NCBI GenBank assembly: GCA_051362555.1
Contig: CM120645.1
Span: forward strand, 2,170,001 to 2,234,000
Length of the DNA: 64,000 bases
Origin: Lingula anatina
Taxonomy: Eukaryota; Animalia; Brachiopoda
Direction of reading: 5' to 3'
Below the pieces are notes generated by a model. That model searched no databases and had not been told where the DNA came from. It was given only the letters and a program-made list of their open reading frames with translations. This document shows, piece by piece, positions 12,406 to 26,862 of the stretch (position 1 is its first letter; each line of letters opens with the position of its first letter). Made by a program: the position numbers and the translations under genes.

Positions 12406-14484
12406 GGGGGGGGTCGTTAAAAGCAGCTTCTGGTAGCTCCCCTCGTATGTGTATATGGAATTTCAACCAACCAAAGAGAAATGAAATAAATGTTCTGACA
12501 GTAGTATTTTAGCTAGCTGACATACAATTATTTCGCCTCCTCCTTTCCTCAATTTTCTGTTAGCAGCATTTTAGTTAGCTGCCTCATGTCTCCCCCCTCT
12601 GTGCCCAGTTCTGTCGCTAAAATCAGTAAGCGCCCATGGTACATCTATATAGGGTTTCAAACAATGCAAAAATAAATGGTGAAAATGTTCTGTTAGCAGA
12701 ATTTTAGCTAGCTGCCACGTATCTCCACCTTTCTTTATCTTGAATATAAACATTTAAGGCTACACTCCTGAATCAGACAGTCTGCGGTACAACAGCGTAT
12801 CTATAATTATTTGTAAATAATTACACGTGAAACCACGTTTGTAAGATTGTCAAATAACTACAGTACATCATGCACAATCTAATGGAATATTTTTTGTTTA
12901 GTTACGAGATATGAATTTAAGACACATTTATAAGACCTGCACGCTCAAAGACCTCAGTGAGGTAAGCAGACAAATCACCGTGATATCAAAATTAATACAT
13001 GGGTTCACACGTTTGCCTGAAGCTTTCATGATATGCCGCAGTATAAGTAAATTATAAGATTTCAGATTGTCTTGGGTAAATACGACAAGATGGCCGATGT
13101 AACTTACCACCCATACGTATCTTTACACAGGGTATAGTCAGATACATCCACCAGACGATATTTCTTCATTCACCGGGAGTGGAAAAAATTATCTGTTTTA
13201 ATTATGATTTCGTTATTTAAATATGACAAAGTTGAAAAAAAAAAAACAAAAAACTACTGATGGAATACTTGAAACATTGAAAACCTTACATTGAAATTTA
13301 ATAAATTACTAAGTTGCCGATTTTTCTAGATAATTTTGTGTAGTCAAAGTATTTCGTCTTTAAAACGATAAATTCTGAACTAAAGCTTTTAAGAAAAATC
13401 GCTGGCATTTATTTAAACTTCTCAATGTATGATGTCATTAAATTGGCGTGGACACGGTTTTCAGTGGGTGCTCAGGTAAAGGAGAGATTTGAGAAACCTA
13501 TTTTGAAATGTCCACCTCCAAACCGCAGTTATGACATCATTGGTAAAGTAACATTTGTGTAAATGCAAAGAATTTTGTCAGTGAACACTGAAGATTTAGT
13601 TATAATCCAAAACATGTACGTAAAAATAGTAACTTAGGTGTTTTTGTCTAACCTGGCCGTTACGTTAATGAAGAACAAGTATAAAAGTGGCGCCGCCCAC
13701 TTTATGAATGTAGCATCAAACACCATAACTTAAAGGCATACCGGGGTATCCACATTTAAAATTTGAAATTTGGCTTTAGTTGAGTCTTGAGTCTTGTGGG
13801 ATATTTCACTTCTACAAGGTAAGAGCTCCGTGGGTTGTACTTAGTCCCCGTTAATCTAAACATTTCTTCTTCGTGAAATCTTATTATGCGCGTTTGAACA
13901 CCAGGAGGATGATGGACGTTAAAACTTTGAACGGACTCTAAATTGTACGACAACCCGCATAAAATAAAGAAAAAAAAATTAACATAGATTTGTATTCCAC
14001 CTCCCCTGCAAGAATCTAGACTATCAGCTGTCACAGTTTATCACTGATATCACGTTCTCTAGTACTACCTAGCCCTTGTTGCCGTCCTGGTTGTTTACAA
14101 CATAACCTAATTTTGCTGTCTCGATAGGGTGACAATTTCGAAGAACTTATGATAACCTGTATTGAACTTTGTGTGTACACAACAGCATAGATAGCAGCAG
14201 GTAGCGTGGGAGCCATCGACTAAGGAGAGGTGGTGCGCTGTGCCTACTATTGCCGGTAAAATCAGTTAGGTCAATTGGTATAAAAATTTGGCATATCATT
14301 CAATTAGAAGATAAAAGATAATTTTTTTTCTGTTTGCATCATTCAGCTAGCTGCGATACACCCCTCCTCTTTCTTCTCTTTGAATATAGACATTTAAGCC
14401 TTTACGGCTAAATTATACAGTCCGCAGTCCGCAGTCCGACAGCGTACAGACATAATTAAGTATAGGGGAGACCGGGGCTGAGTT

Positions 14485-14547
14485 TATAATATAATATAAT
14501 ATAATATAATATAATATAATATAATATAATATAATATAATATAATAT
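14485..14547. repeat. (ATATA)n microsatellite
   Basis: Read directly from the sequence. Confidence 0.95.
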
Positions 14548-16328
14548 GGAAGTTATGGTAATAATATTAAGATGTTGCTCTTGTAAAATTCTGAATGCAA
14601 TGTTTGACGTTCTAACAATTATATTTAACACTAAATCAAAGAAAGATATGTGGAAAACCGATTTTGCAATTTCATTCATGTACCCGCGAATTGCAGTTAG
14701 ACCTGATTGTAATTATTCCATCATTGGTAACATAGCATTTGTGCTAACGCAAAGGAACATAGTCAGTGAACACCGAAAGTTCTTCTTTTATCCAACACGC
14801 ACGTTCATAAAGACAGTAATTTTAAAACCCGCATATTATTTAGTGAGACAATAAAACGATGCTATGAAGCATTCTGTTTTATCTTATCAATACTATTAAC
14901 AATATGCATTGTTATGAAGTATTTTCTTTTATCTTATCAAGTATATTAGCAATGTGTTTGATACAATTATTTTTCAAGTCTTGGTAAGTTTAACATCCGT
15001 GTCGTCCATACTGACAATGATTTTGTTTGTGGTATTACCTGGGGTTGAATTAATGATTCCAGATTTTTTTTAAAGTATAGTCAATATAAATTTCAGTGGT
15101 CCCCTGACGACACACTTATGTCAGTCATTTGAAAATAAAAAGTGATAAATCTATCTTACGCGTAAAAATGAATAAAGAAATAACCCACACATTTTTTTCA
15201 TAGATCTACTGTGTACTGATCATGCTATATACCAACACATCACATGAGAACTGGCCACGTTCACAACTCATTGACCGGTCACAGGTGCTTTCTATTTGTT
15301 GGACCGTTAGAGTTATGTCCAACTTCCCTTCAGCAAACGCAAGTGTCTTGCTAAATAATAGATCACTTGTCCGATATAAATGTCTTACACTTGACATGTT
15401 TTAAAAAATAAAATCTCACTTTCTGCGCTCTTCTCTTTATATCACACAGACGTTATTTCCGGAGGCTCAACACACAGAAAAAAAACAAAACAAACATACC
15501 CCACAGTTTAAACCCTAAGGCTGCTAAGGTTAGACAGACGCCATCATACAGGCGCAAACCTTTCGTCATACATGTAACGCTGTTATACGCATAAAAATCT
15601 ATATTTTAATTGGTGATTTAATGAACAACGTGGGAATTAAATAGATAACACCCGGCTTCAGTCCGTTCAATCTGATTCATAGTCAATGCGTCATCCGTAT
15701 ATAAAGCAATATTTATTCAGATAAGAGCCTGTGTTTGAGGTCGGCACCCATGTGATAATTCACCATAATATAAGGAGCTTCTGTGCGCAGTCTCATCATT
15801 TGAAGGTGAAGTCGAGATGCTGTACACATACAGAACATTGCTTGAAGTCATCGAACTTTGATGATTGAAAAGTTTGAAAAAGAACAGATCAAAGTGAACA
15901 TAACTTGTTGCAAAGGTAATGGTAGCGACTATTTTGCGATCAAAGCAATGTTTTTTTTTTTTTTTTTTTGGAAATAAGGAGCTCCAGTACCAGATGACCA
16001 CGTGACACGAAAAATATTTTTAGGACTCGTTATGTCAACATCACCTGACAACATTTGAGGGACGTCATTTGTTTCTCCATTAAAAGAATATCTTATCGCA
16101 GCTTAATGAATGTCACTTTCGAAGACTTAAAACGAAAAATGTCTTCATGATGGAAAAATCTGACAAAAAAAAACGTCTTTGTGCAAAAGCTCTCTGGGCA
16201 TGGAATACCAATGATGTATTATATCTGCTGAGTGTAGAAGACTTCCTTAATGACATTTTTGAAGAAATACCAGTAACAGACGGCAGATAGATTGATGTTT
16301 TAGAGGTACAGTTTGAGGCTTACTACGT

Positions 16329-16438
<110 letters not shown>

Positions 16439-17238
16439 TAGGTGCTTCCTCCCTCGTCCCCTTCTCTCGCCTTTTTTGATATTTTATAGAAATAGCTTGA
16501 GTCTGTCCCCTAACTTCTATCCACAAAACCCACTCTCTTTTTCAACACACATTACATTTCGCTAGTACCTTAATTGGCTTGTATTTGAATATCCACTGCA
16601 TATAAAAGGGTTCAAAGAAAAAAGGACAGGGTTCTTTTCAAGATGGAGAAAAGTGGACACACTACACACATATGTCCATTTAAATGTAACGTTCTGTTTT
16701 GTGTTATATCCCTAAAATCTATTTGATATCAAGTGCTTAGGGTGGTATATTTTTTTCTTATCTTTTGTATGTTTAGTTTGAAGACAAATTAAGAAAAAAA
16801 AAACAAATAACACTTAAAGCCGACACGTAGCGTACACCTATATGCATTACATTTTATTACTGATATATTACATGCCCCTGTTAGTTCAGCCTTGATTTAA
16901 TTGCGTCCTGATTATTAACAACATCACCTGATTCTGCTGCGTGACAATTTTGAAGTAATAGATAACCTATTAAACGATGTGTCACTGTGTACAACAGCAT
17001 TGATAGCAGAAGTAGAGTGTGGCAGTTAGCCAGTTTGGGGGGGGGGGGGGGGCGTTTAACCCACCTCGCTCGTTAAAATCAGCCAGATCCTTTGGTACAT
17101 GTATATGGGATTTCAACCAAACCAAGAGTAAATGATAAAAAGTGTTCTGTTAGGGAATTTTAGCTTTCTGTCATATACCTTTATTCTCCCTTACGCCTCT
17201 TTGAATGTTGACATTTAAGCCTACACTGCTAAAGCATA

Positions 17239-17454
17239 GACCCCATTCCCAGAGATTAGATCGATCTACTTTAGATCGACCTAACTCCCTGGGGGTTCAC
17301 GCTAAATAGCTGTGAGCCGAGCGGGCACGAAAGTTAATTACGCCCTTACAGCTTGTAGTAGGCGGGACGGACATTTAAGCCGGATTATCTGACAGTAATC
17401 TAGTGAGAATCCCCGCGGGGATAGATCGATCTAAAAGCTCTGGGAATACGCCCT
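17239..17454. mobile_element. MITE with TIR (GGGYGY)ATTCCCAGAG..TAGATCGATCT; left-half copies at ~6695-6816 and ~35001-35128
   Basis: cattcccagagattagatcgatcta ... tagatcgatctaaaagctctgggaatacgccc. It interrupts a repeat unit that is uninterrupted in the paralogous copy at ~12760-12800. Confidence 0.75.
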
Positions 17455-19067
17455 TACAGTCTGCAGTCCAGGGGCGTATCCATAATCATGCGTAAATTAT
17501 TACACGTAAAAGCATGTTTGTTATTTAATAAAGTATATCATGTACAATTTAATGAAATCTGTTTTATATTACAAACAATGGATTTAAAACACGTTTATCA
17601 ATCGCGAACGTTCAAAGATAATCTCATTGAGGTCAGCAGACAAATCAGCGTGATATCAAAATTAATACCTGGATCAAAGCGTTATCCTGAAGCGTTCATG
17701 AGATGACACTGTATAGGCAAAGTATTATCCTGGGTAAATACGATACGATGACCGATGTTAGTCACCAAAAATACATTTCTTTACATATAGTATGCTTAGC
17801 TGCACCAACTGAACGACATTTCTTCATTCACTTTCTTCTGTTTACCACACCCGGTACAAGCAAACCATGTGCGCCATTTAACAACTAAATTCACATTTTC
17901 TACTTTTGTTTTCCGTTATAAGCCTAAACTTTAATAGAAAACGGTTATCATTTAATTGTCTTGGTTTTGTTTGTTTGCTTGTTTGTTTTGATATGTATGA
18001 CAGACACCCGTTTGTGACATTGTAAATATCAAGATTAATAATTGTTTCGCTATTGTCTTCCCCTCCAGCTTGATTCAATGTAAAATTTACCATATCATTA
18101 TATCAATTAAGCGGACACCGCACTACTGCTATCAATGCACTTGTGCACAGCTGTACTAAGTTTTATAAGTTATCTATTACTTCAGAACTGCCAGTCAGCA
18201 AAATCAGGTGATGTTTTCGATATTCAGGACCTAAGTCCACATGTAAATAGCAAGGTTAATAATTGTTTCGCTTTTGTCATTTAACTCCCCCTTGTGAAAC
18301 AGTCTCCCCAGTATGATCCGCTGTAAAGTTTACCATGTCATTATATCAATTACAACAGAATAACACTTTTTTTGTATTATAAATGATTTAAGTACTAACC
18401 CTTTTGTTAAGCAAAGTAAAGGCTATTAAACTTTAACAACGTTATGAAGCTTACGCCTACCTTTCAGATATTGTTTATGCACACGTACAGCCAAGTATAA
18501 GATAAATATTATCTATTGATCAATGAAATTAAATATGTATCTTTAAACAATTAAATTTACATAAAAATTGATTTAATATTTTGTTGGTAGGATATCCCAT
18601 CCCTACCGATATTCATGGTCATTTATGAACCATTGTTCTACATGTAGCTTTACAGGGGGATATGTGATGTTTGCTAGGTGTAGATTGCATCATCGTTCGT
18701 GGAAAAAAAAGGCGACATTACAAAAATACAGCTCTGGATAATCAACAGGCAAAGCGTCAACGGTACTAAAGGATCTCATTGAAAATTAATATTTGTTGCA
18801 AATGGAGCATGAAGTGCCAACAGACCTACATGGAGTCAAAATTTCCAATTTTTCAAAAAATTTCCTATCCGAGTGCAAATAATGACCAGTTTTAATTATT
18901 GACGAAAAGAAGCTATTACTATGAAACTTTTAAAAAAAGCTCACCGAGTCCCCGTTAATCTGAACATTTCTACTTCGTGAAATCTTATTATGCGCGTTTG
19001 AACACTAAGTTGATTGACGTTAAACCTGAAAAAGATTCTAAATTGTACGACAACCCATATCGTAATT

Positions 19068-19101
<34 letters not shown>

Positions 19102-19887
19102 GAGGGGGGGGGGGGCGGGGGAGGTGAGGTTGCACACACAAATAAATATATTAAACTATTAAACTATTAAATACCTGTGGAATAGAAAATAATGCTGTGT
19201 ATGCATTAATTGTGGCATAATTCATGTCCCAGACAGAAGGACACAGATATATGCTGAGTAAAAATAAAGAAAATTTAGATTCTTTTTCCCCCTGCAAGAA
19301 TCTAGAATATCGGTCTGTTACTGATATCACATGATCTCTGCTAGTATGGCCTAGCCCTGGTTGCCGTCCTGGTTGTTTGCAACGTAACCTGATTTTGCTA
19401 ACTCGATCAGGTGACAATTTCGAGAGAACTTTAGATAACCTATATTAAACTAGTGCAGCCTAGACTTTAGATCCGTCCTGGTTATTGACAACATCGCCTG
19501 ATTCTGCTGTATCGATCGGTACCAATTTAAAAGTTATACATAACTTATTAAAGTATTAGTTGCGCAGCTGCCATGATAGTAGCTGGTAGAGTGTGTCAGC
19601 CGGTTGGGGGGGGGGGGGGGGGGAGGGGTGCGCTGAGCCCACCATTGGTGGTAAAATCACGTAGGTCCATTGGACAAAGATAAATTTAATTAAAAAATAA
19701 ATGATAAATCTTATTCTGTTGGCAGCGCTCAGCTAGCTGCCATGCGCCCCCTTTCTTTTCTTTGAATATATACAGATATAGCTAAAATATACAGTCCGCA
19801 GGACGACAGTGTATATTTAAGTGTAAACAATTTCATATAAAATCATGCATTTTAATTTAGTAATATGCAAAAATAATGATTTTGAGC

Positions 19888-21945
19888 AAACTACAATTAA
19901 GAGAATTAATTGTATTTATGTAGCAAATGGTTTGTTTTAGTGGTGCTATTAACTTTTTGGTAATACATCAACGTTTTGTTTGGGTCTTGTGTCTGCAAAT
20001 TTTGACCTTAAGTAGTTGACCAAGACAAGGTGTTAACAGATGTCCAGGGTTAAGGAATGTCTTAGCTGCTGTGTATCAAGGCACACACAAGTATATTCTA
20101 TGAAAGATGTTTTGGAGATTAATTCCATCGAGCTGCATTCAGTTAGAAGTCATTCAGCTTTGTAGCTGCGGATATATTTACCCGCAGTTTTAGCAGCTAC
20201 ACTGTATTATTACTTACGTTTCTTTATTGTTATTTGTACACTGGTTACCAGTCATCACTTTTGTGGTTTAAGATTTGGGGACTACTATTTGTTACTTGGT
20301 GACCATTTTCTTCGGATTTTCAGTTTTCCCCAGCCACCAGTTTTGGTATTCAAGATTCAGCGACGGCTGTTGACGGTTTTTTGTTACATGGTGACTTTAT
20401 TTTATTTGGACAATATTCACTTTTCTCCAGTCACCAGTATTTGATATTCAAGTTTCGGCGACGGCTGTTTCCTTTTACGGGATGACTTCAAGTTTTGGAT
20501 CACACACAGGCTAGTATTTGTTTTCATTTCCCCCCTTTTTTCACGTGTTCTTATCAATACATTTATAATTGTTGTGTTATGCAACTACAGTTGTTACCTA
20601 TTTTGTTTAGGTGTCACTCATCATGTTATTTTTGATTTTTTTTTTCTTTTGTGTGCATTTATTTTATTTATGTTTATATTCCTATCGGGCCAGGTGTTTT
20701 TGCAGTTTTCATATTTCCTCTTTCCTGGCTGTCATTGACATGCCGTAATCTATTCATATCCTATTTCCGATTGTCTCCGTGTCCGCATTACCAGGTGGAG
20801 TATTATTAGGGGTTTCTGGTCGACTAGGCGATATGCATTTTTGGAGTTTTTATGCTCTTTTTTCTGGGTGTACTTCCCAGGTTTTTAACTGTTTGCCTAG
20901 TAGTGAGAACCCTGTAGTGGTATCTGGTATACTAGGTTCTGGGTGTATTTCCCAGGTTTTTTAACTGTTTGCCTAGTAGTGAGAGCCCTTTGTGGTATCT
21001 GGTATACTAGGTGCTGGGTGTATTCCCAGGCTTTTAACTGTTTGCCTAGTAGTGAGAGCCCTTTGGTGGTATCTGGTATACTAGGTTCTGGGTGTATTTC
21101 CCAGGTTTTTAACTGTTTGCCTAGTAGTGAGAGCCCTTTGGTGGTATCTGGTATACTAGGTTATGGGTGTATTCCCAGGTTTTTAACTGTTTGCCTAGTA
21201 GTGAGAGCCCTTTGTGGTATCTGGTATACTAGGTTTTAATTTTTTGGGAGCTGTAATGCCCCTATTCTGGGGAGTCACCCAGCTATATGTTCGTTGCCTA
21301 GTCGGTTTTCCAGATATCCCTGTTTTTACGTGCACGGCTAAGCTGAGGCTGTTGCCTGCATGGATTTTCTCTGGCGGCGGACTAGGAGATGTTTAAAATT
21401 TTTTGCACTTCTTATATCAATATGGTTCATGCCATATCTACCCAGGCTATTCGTTGGGTTTATGCCGGGTTTATATGTTCTCTGTACAAGTGTATATTTT
21501 ATTCATATTACTTATTCCGCTTACTTACTTGAATTACCTGGCCCGGGAAATTTTTATTACTGCATTGTCTTATATATAAATGCAACTGCCTTCGGTCTTC
21601 TTAGTTTCCTTTGTTTTTATGTTACCATGCCTTCCGGGTGGAGTACCGTAAGCGGTCCAGGATGTCGGTTGTCTCCAATGCGCGCTCATTATCCAGCAAA
21701 CGGCGATTGGCTCCTGCATCCACTGCTCCTGGTGGAAAGAAGCCGAGTCACACCGGCACAGTAATGCCGTGCGCTTCTCCTTCTCCCGACTCCTCCCTGC
21801 AAGAGACTAACGTTCAGAAGCAGATACCCTGTACCCAGTATCAGCAGACTCTCGACACTGTAAACACACGGGTCCAGCCGATGAAATTGGAAGTGATCCA
21901 CATGCCCTCGTAAAAATCGCTGATTTCCCTTTACCTTTGGACTGA

Positions 21946-21990
<45 letters not shown>

Positions 21991-22967
21991 TTTTCAGCGA
22001 TTTTCTAACAAAAAATTTATATGATTCTGTAAACTTACTTACGTACGGCTTATCTATTAGAACATTAAGAAGCTCCTTATGCTAATGATTGGCGTCTTTA
22101 TGATGACGCCTTTTGCAACTTACGACCAACACTACTGGTCCCGTGGGATAAGTTATCCCCGTGTTACCGTTAAAAGTGGCAACCATGAATACCCCCCCCC
22201 CCCCTTTTCTACGTCCCTTTCGTCTAGGCATCTTTTTTTTTGCTTTTTATAAAAGGGAGTAATGCACCTTTAGTCTATGCTAATTTAGCACTGTTGCCAG
22301 TACTGGGATCCCATCCTAAAATCGATTGCCCCACATCCCACGCCCAGTTACAGACCCCGCCTACAACATTGTCTAACAACTCCAATTACCCATTCCCTGT
22401 TACAATTGGTACTTAAGGTTAGGATCCTCATCAGGTGATTTTCTCATCAATATATTTCCAAGGGTTCCTGCCTTCATTGCACCACCACTCCTAGCATTCA
22501 CGCATTTCATAATCTTTTATCAGCCCGTACTCATCCTGAAGCGATTTTGGATTATATTAATCAGGTTTATCCTCTGGGCGGATTGCTGGCCCAATTTTTT
22601 CTCCCTCTTCCATATTTTAAATGTTCACCATTACACATTATTACTAAATCTGAACCTTATAAATTCCGTGTTATTCGCGACCTTTCTTATCCCCACCTGG
22701 ACTCGGTTAATTCTAATATACCCAGAGTATTTTCTGTACAACTCAATATATTATACTATTATCGCCCATGTCCAACATTTCGGCCCTGGTGCTCTTTTAG
22801 CTAGGTCTGACATTCTAGATGTTTTCCGCATTTCAGCTCTTAGCCTTTTGGTTTATCATCTTCTTTGTTTTTCTTGGAATGAATTATTTAATTTGAAACA
22901 TGTCTGCCAATGGGTGCAAGTCGTTCGTGCCAAATATTTAATCACTGAGCACAGCTCTAAAATGGAT

Positions 22968-23003
<36 letters not shown>

Positions 23004-23132
23004 CATGCCTCGGCCATATCCTATTTATTGGATGATTTTTCTTTCATTGGACCCCCATTTCCAATAACTTACAAAACTTAATTTACAAAATTTTCTTGCA
23101 TTATGCAAACGGAGTAAGGTTCCCATTAATGG

Positions 23133-23178
<46 letters not shown>

Positions 23179-24047
23179 TTATTCCGACCACTTGTTCAAC
23201 TAATTGCGGTGTTGAAATAGATTCGCTAGTAGGTCGTGTGCCACAGGACAAATTGGAAAATTGTTATGTTTTAGTTTCCTAGCTTTCTCAAAGGAGCATA
23301 GGTACAATTGAAAGAGTTACATCCCTTATGGGTTTTAAACTTTGCATGCTTAGGCGTAGTGCCGGGCAGGGCTTTCTTACGCCGCTAAATTCATTTAACT
23401 GTTGGTGTTAGGCGCCCCCGTCATTATATTCGACTCAATAGTGAAGCAAGAGCGGACCTAGGCATGTGGCTTCATTTTTCACATCACTTAATGGAAAATC
23501 GGTCCTGCTGCCTTCATCATGACAATCGTCAGATACCTTACACTTGTTTACAAATGCCTCGGGGTCAATAGGTTATGCGGCGGTCTTTGGCTGTCAGTGA
23601 TTCTTTATGAATGGGTTGCGGTTGTTGCACTTTGGCATATCACAGTTAAAGAACCGTTTCCTATAGTTCTTGCTTTGAATTTTTCGTTATCTCAGCTGTT
23701 TGAGTCCGACAGGTACATCTCGCCCTCTCCTTTGCCAAGTGCAAGCCTTCTTCTATTATCGACGAACTTTTACGCATATGTTAGGTCCTTTATTTCAGTT
23801 TATTGATGGAACACCGGTCACTTATTCTTATGTTTCTTCGTAATTATCCAAAGCCCTTGCTTTTTCAGGATAGTTATATAGCGGTATTGCTTTTATAATT
23901 ATGTGTGTTTCATGTTTCAAAAAAAAAAAAAAAATTACAGGGTGGGATCACCATTTTACTGCCTTATTTGGCTCCCTTAATTTTATTCATGGTTGCCAGT
24001 TTCTCTTCCTATCCCTCATTCACCTGTAGCTAGTTCTTCATGGGATA

Positions 24048-24078
<31 letters not shown>

Positions 24079-26011
24079 TAGTAGCACATAGGATTCAGAT
24101 ATAATGTCAGATGTTGTTTATCATTCCATTTTTTTTTCACAAGCTCTCCTCGGTTGGCGGGGATGTGAGCTTCTCTCACATCATATGGCCTTTTATTTTC
24201 ATTTGCGCCAACTTTTTGCTCCTATAGCTGTTGTGATTTCTCATATTTTTCATAATTAATCCTGGTTACATTTCATTAACATACTTTATTATTTTTATAT
24301 TTAGCACTTATATAGTTTGGGGGATGTTTATTATCTCCCCGGTTTTGTAACTTTGTATCTTATTAGTTTTCGTCATTAATAAATGACAATTTCAGTCATA
24401 TGGACTTATCCTACTTAATTTGGAGCAAAAACAGAGCTTCGTTGTGCTTGTGAACATTTGGCTACATAAAACTACAATTAAGAGAATTAATTGTATTTAT
24501 GTAGCAAATAGTTTGTTTTAGTGGTGCTATTAACTTTTTGGTAATACATCAACGTTTTGTTTGGGTCTTGTGTCTGCACATTTTGACCTTAAGTAGTTGA
24601 CCAAGACAAGGTGTTAACAGATGTCCAGGGTTAAGGAATGTCTTAGCTGCTGTGTATCAAGGCACACACAAGTATATTCTATGAAAGATGTTTTGGAGAT
24701 TAATTCCATCGAGCTGCATTCAGTTAGAAGTCATTCAGCTTTGTAGCTGCGGATATATTTACCCGCAGTTTTAGCAGCTACACTGTATTATTACTTACGT
24801 TTCTTTATTGTTATTTGTACACCCTCCACCCTCCCCTAACACCTGCCTTCATCCTTGTGGTGTTTTTAACACTTAGACTTATTTACTTTCAAGCGGCACC
24901 TGTGTGACATAATTAAGGGGGGCACCTATTTGGACAGTGCCACTTTGCCTCTGGTAGGCCTGCTTATCAGAGGCATATGAGTTCAGTTATTCAGGAGACA
25001 GTTAATGCTCTCCCTCACTTTTCTCGTAAAATTCACAACATTAAGAAGTGCATTATTCAGGAGTAAAAATTTTGAGGTGATGTTTGGTAAACTTATTCAA
25101 CCCCCCCCCCCCCATATTTTTTTTCTCTTTCCATGACTAATGAAGCAGATTTGAGCATTGGCTCAATGTAACATGGTTGTATTTATGCTTGTTAGCTATA
25201 ACTCATTTGGCACATTAATTAGTCATTTCAGATTATCTGGTTATCATTTGTTTATTGATATATATCATACATGTGAGATTATTACTTTAAAACTATAGTT
25301 AGGTAAATGTACTATGCAGGGCATATGAGGCAGTACGTAGGCCAAGAGAGACAACTCTATGATTGGGCTGTCAGAGCAATGAGGAAACCTACGTCCCCGT
25401 CCTAAAAAGGTAGGGGTTGCGTAGCTCGCTCTCAGCCTAGGCCGGCTTTAGAATGTGCCTTTTGCCTTTTCTTTTCATTTGCGCCAACCATTTGCGCCAA
25501 CTTTTTGCCCCTATAGCTGTTGTGATTTCTCATATTTTTCATAAGCCTTTTATTTTCATTTGCGCCAACTTTTTGCTCCTATAGCTGTTGTGATTTCTCA
25601 TATTTTTCATAATTAATCCTGGTTACATTTCTTAACATACTTTATTATTTTTATATTTAGCACTTATATAGTTTGGGGGATGTTTATTATCTCCCCGGTT
25701 TTGTAACTTTGTATCTTATTAGTTTTAATCCTTTTATTTTCATTTGCGCCAACTTTTTGCTCCTATAGCTGTTGTGATTTCTCATATTTTTCATAATTAA
25801 TCCTGGTTACATTTTATTAACATACTTTATTATTTTTATATTTAGCACTTATATAGTTTGGGGGATGTTTATTATCTCCCCGGTTTTGTAACTTTGTATC
25901 TTATTAGTTTTCGTCATTAATAAATGACAATTTCAGTCATATGGACTTATCCTACTTAATTTGGAGCAAAAACAGAGCTTCGTTGTGCTTGTGAACATTT
26001 GGCTACATAAA
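19888..26011 (+). mobile_element. Decayed DIRS-group (Ngaro/PAT-like) tyrosine-recombinase retrotransposon with split direct repeats
   Basis: Repeat A at 19888-20241 and 24469-24822. Repeat B at 24188-24470 and 25730-26011, with partial copies at ~25470-25726. Order is A1-body-B1-A2-B2. Frameshifted remnants: gag-like DWRLYDDAF (~22087); RT FKCSPL...KFRVIRDLSYP..SVNSNIP, GPGALLARSDI.D.FR, LPMG, LDDF; FACLGVVPGRAFLRR, IRLNSEARADLGMW; RNase H HITVKEPFPIVLAL. Confidence 0.85.
20866..21236. repeat. Minisatellite, ~75-bp unit x5, inside the DIRS-like element
   Basis: Unit gggtgtatttcccaggtttttaactgtttgcctagtagtgagagccctttggtggtatctggtatactaggttct starts at ~20867, 20941, 21016, 21090 and 21165. 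Confidence 0.95.
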
Positions 26012-26862
26012 TGGATTTAAAATGCGTTTATTAACTTAACACGCAAGGCGGACCTGGAGGACGTTGTATTTCTGTTTGAACCGGAATAGAGAACCTCCTT
26101 CTCCGCGGTTTTACTGTATACACCATTACGGAGCAGCTTCACGGCATTTGATTGATTGATAAAATTATTTAAACTGATATTAAAATGAATATAATATAAA
26201 AAGCAGGTAAAAGTTTTTTTCTGCCCTTTATTCGGTATATTCACGAAATAGTAGCTCTGTTTCTTGAAACGCAAATCTTATTTTGTATTAAACAGTTCAT
26301 CGTTTTACATACATATTGTAGTTTGAATGTATATTTTATTAGCATCCGTGAAGATAAAGTCATTTTGAACCTCTGGATAGGAGTATCAGAGACGAATAAA
26401 GTATTCACCGCTTGTGATTCAACTTAATTTACATGTTGTCGGTCCAGAGGACAACTTCTGCTTATCCATACTCTAGCACTTCACGGTGTTGATGGAAATG
26501 TGGCCTTTTATATTGGATTATGAAATTAGAGTATCAATTACCGATATCTAAGAAATATAGAAATATTCTATATGGGTGCATGTAATCGACGACCTCGAGT
26601 CGGAAAAGGTTTGTGAGTTCAGGTGTGAACATAAAAGCAGACATCCATTTAGAATGTACACATTGTAACATCAATATTAAATTGAAGTTTGAATGGAAGC
26701 ATAATTAATAAAACATGCTCGTTTTAAGTTAATTCTTATTGAACATATTAGAAATATAAATAATTTACGTACAGAATTATGGGATTTTGAACATGAGGCG
26801 TGTGTTGACTTAGTCTTTACATTCTAGATGAGGCAGGGGAGCGAGTCTTAGTGACAAGCACC

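Noticed and set aside
20866-21236. Regular repeat array that might be taken for a CRISPR array
   Set aside because: The units are contiguous ~75-bp tandem copies with no unique spacers, there are no cas genes, and the context is eukaryotic and inside a retrotransposon.
20779-21913. Cluster of + strand ORFs inside the DIRS-like element
   Set aside because: They derive from the minisatellite or degraded element sequence, and no intact gag, pol or recombinase frame is present.
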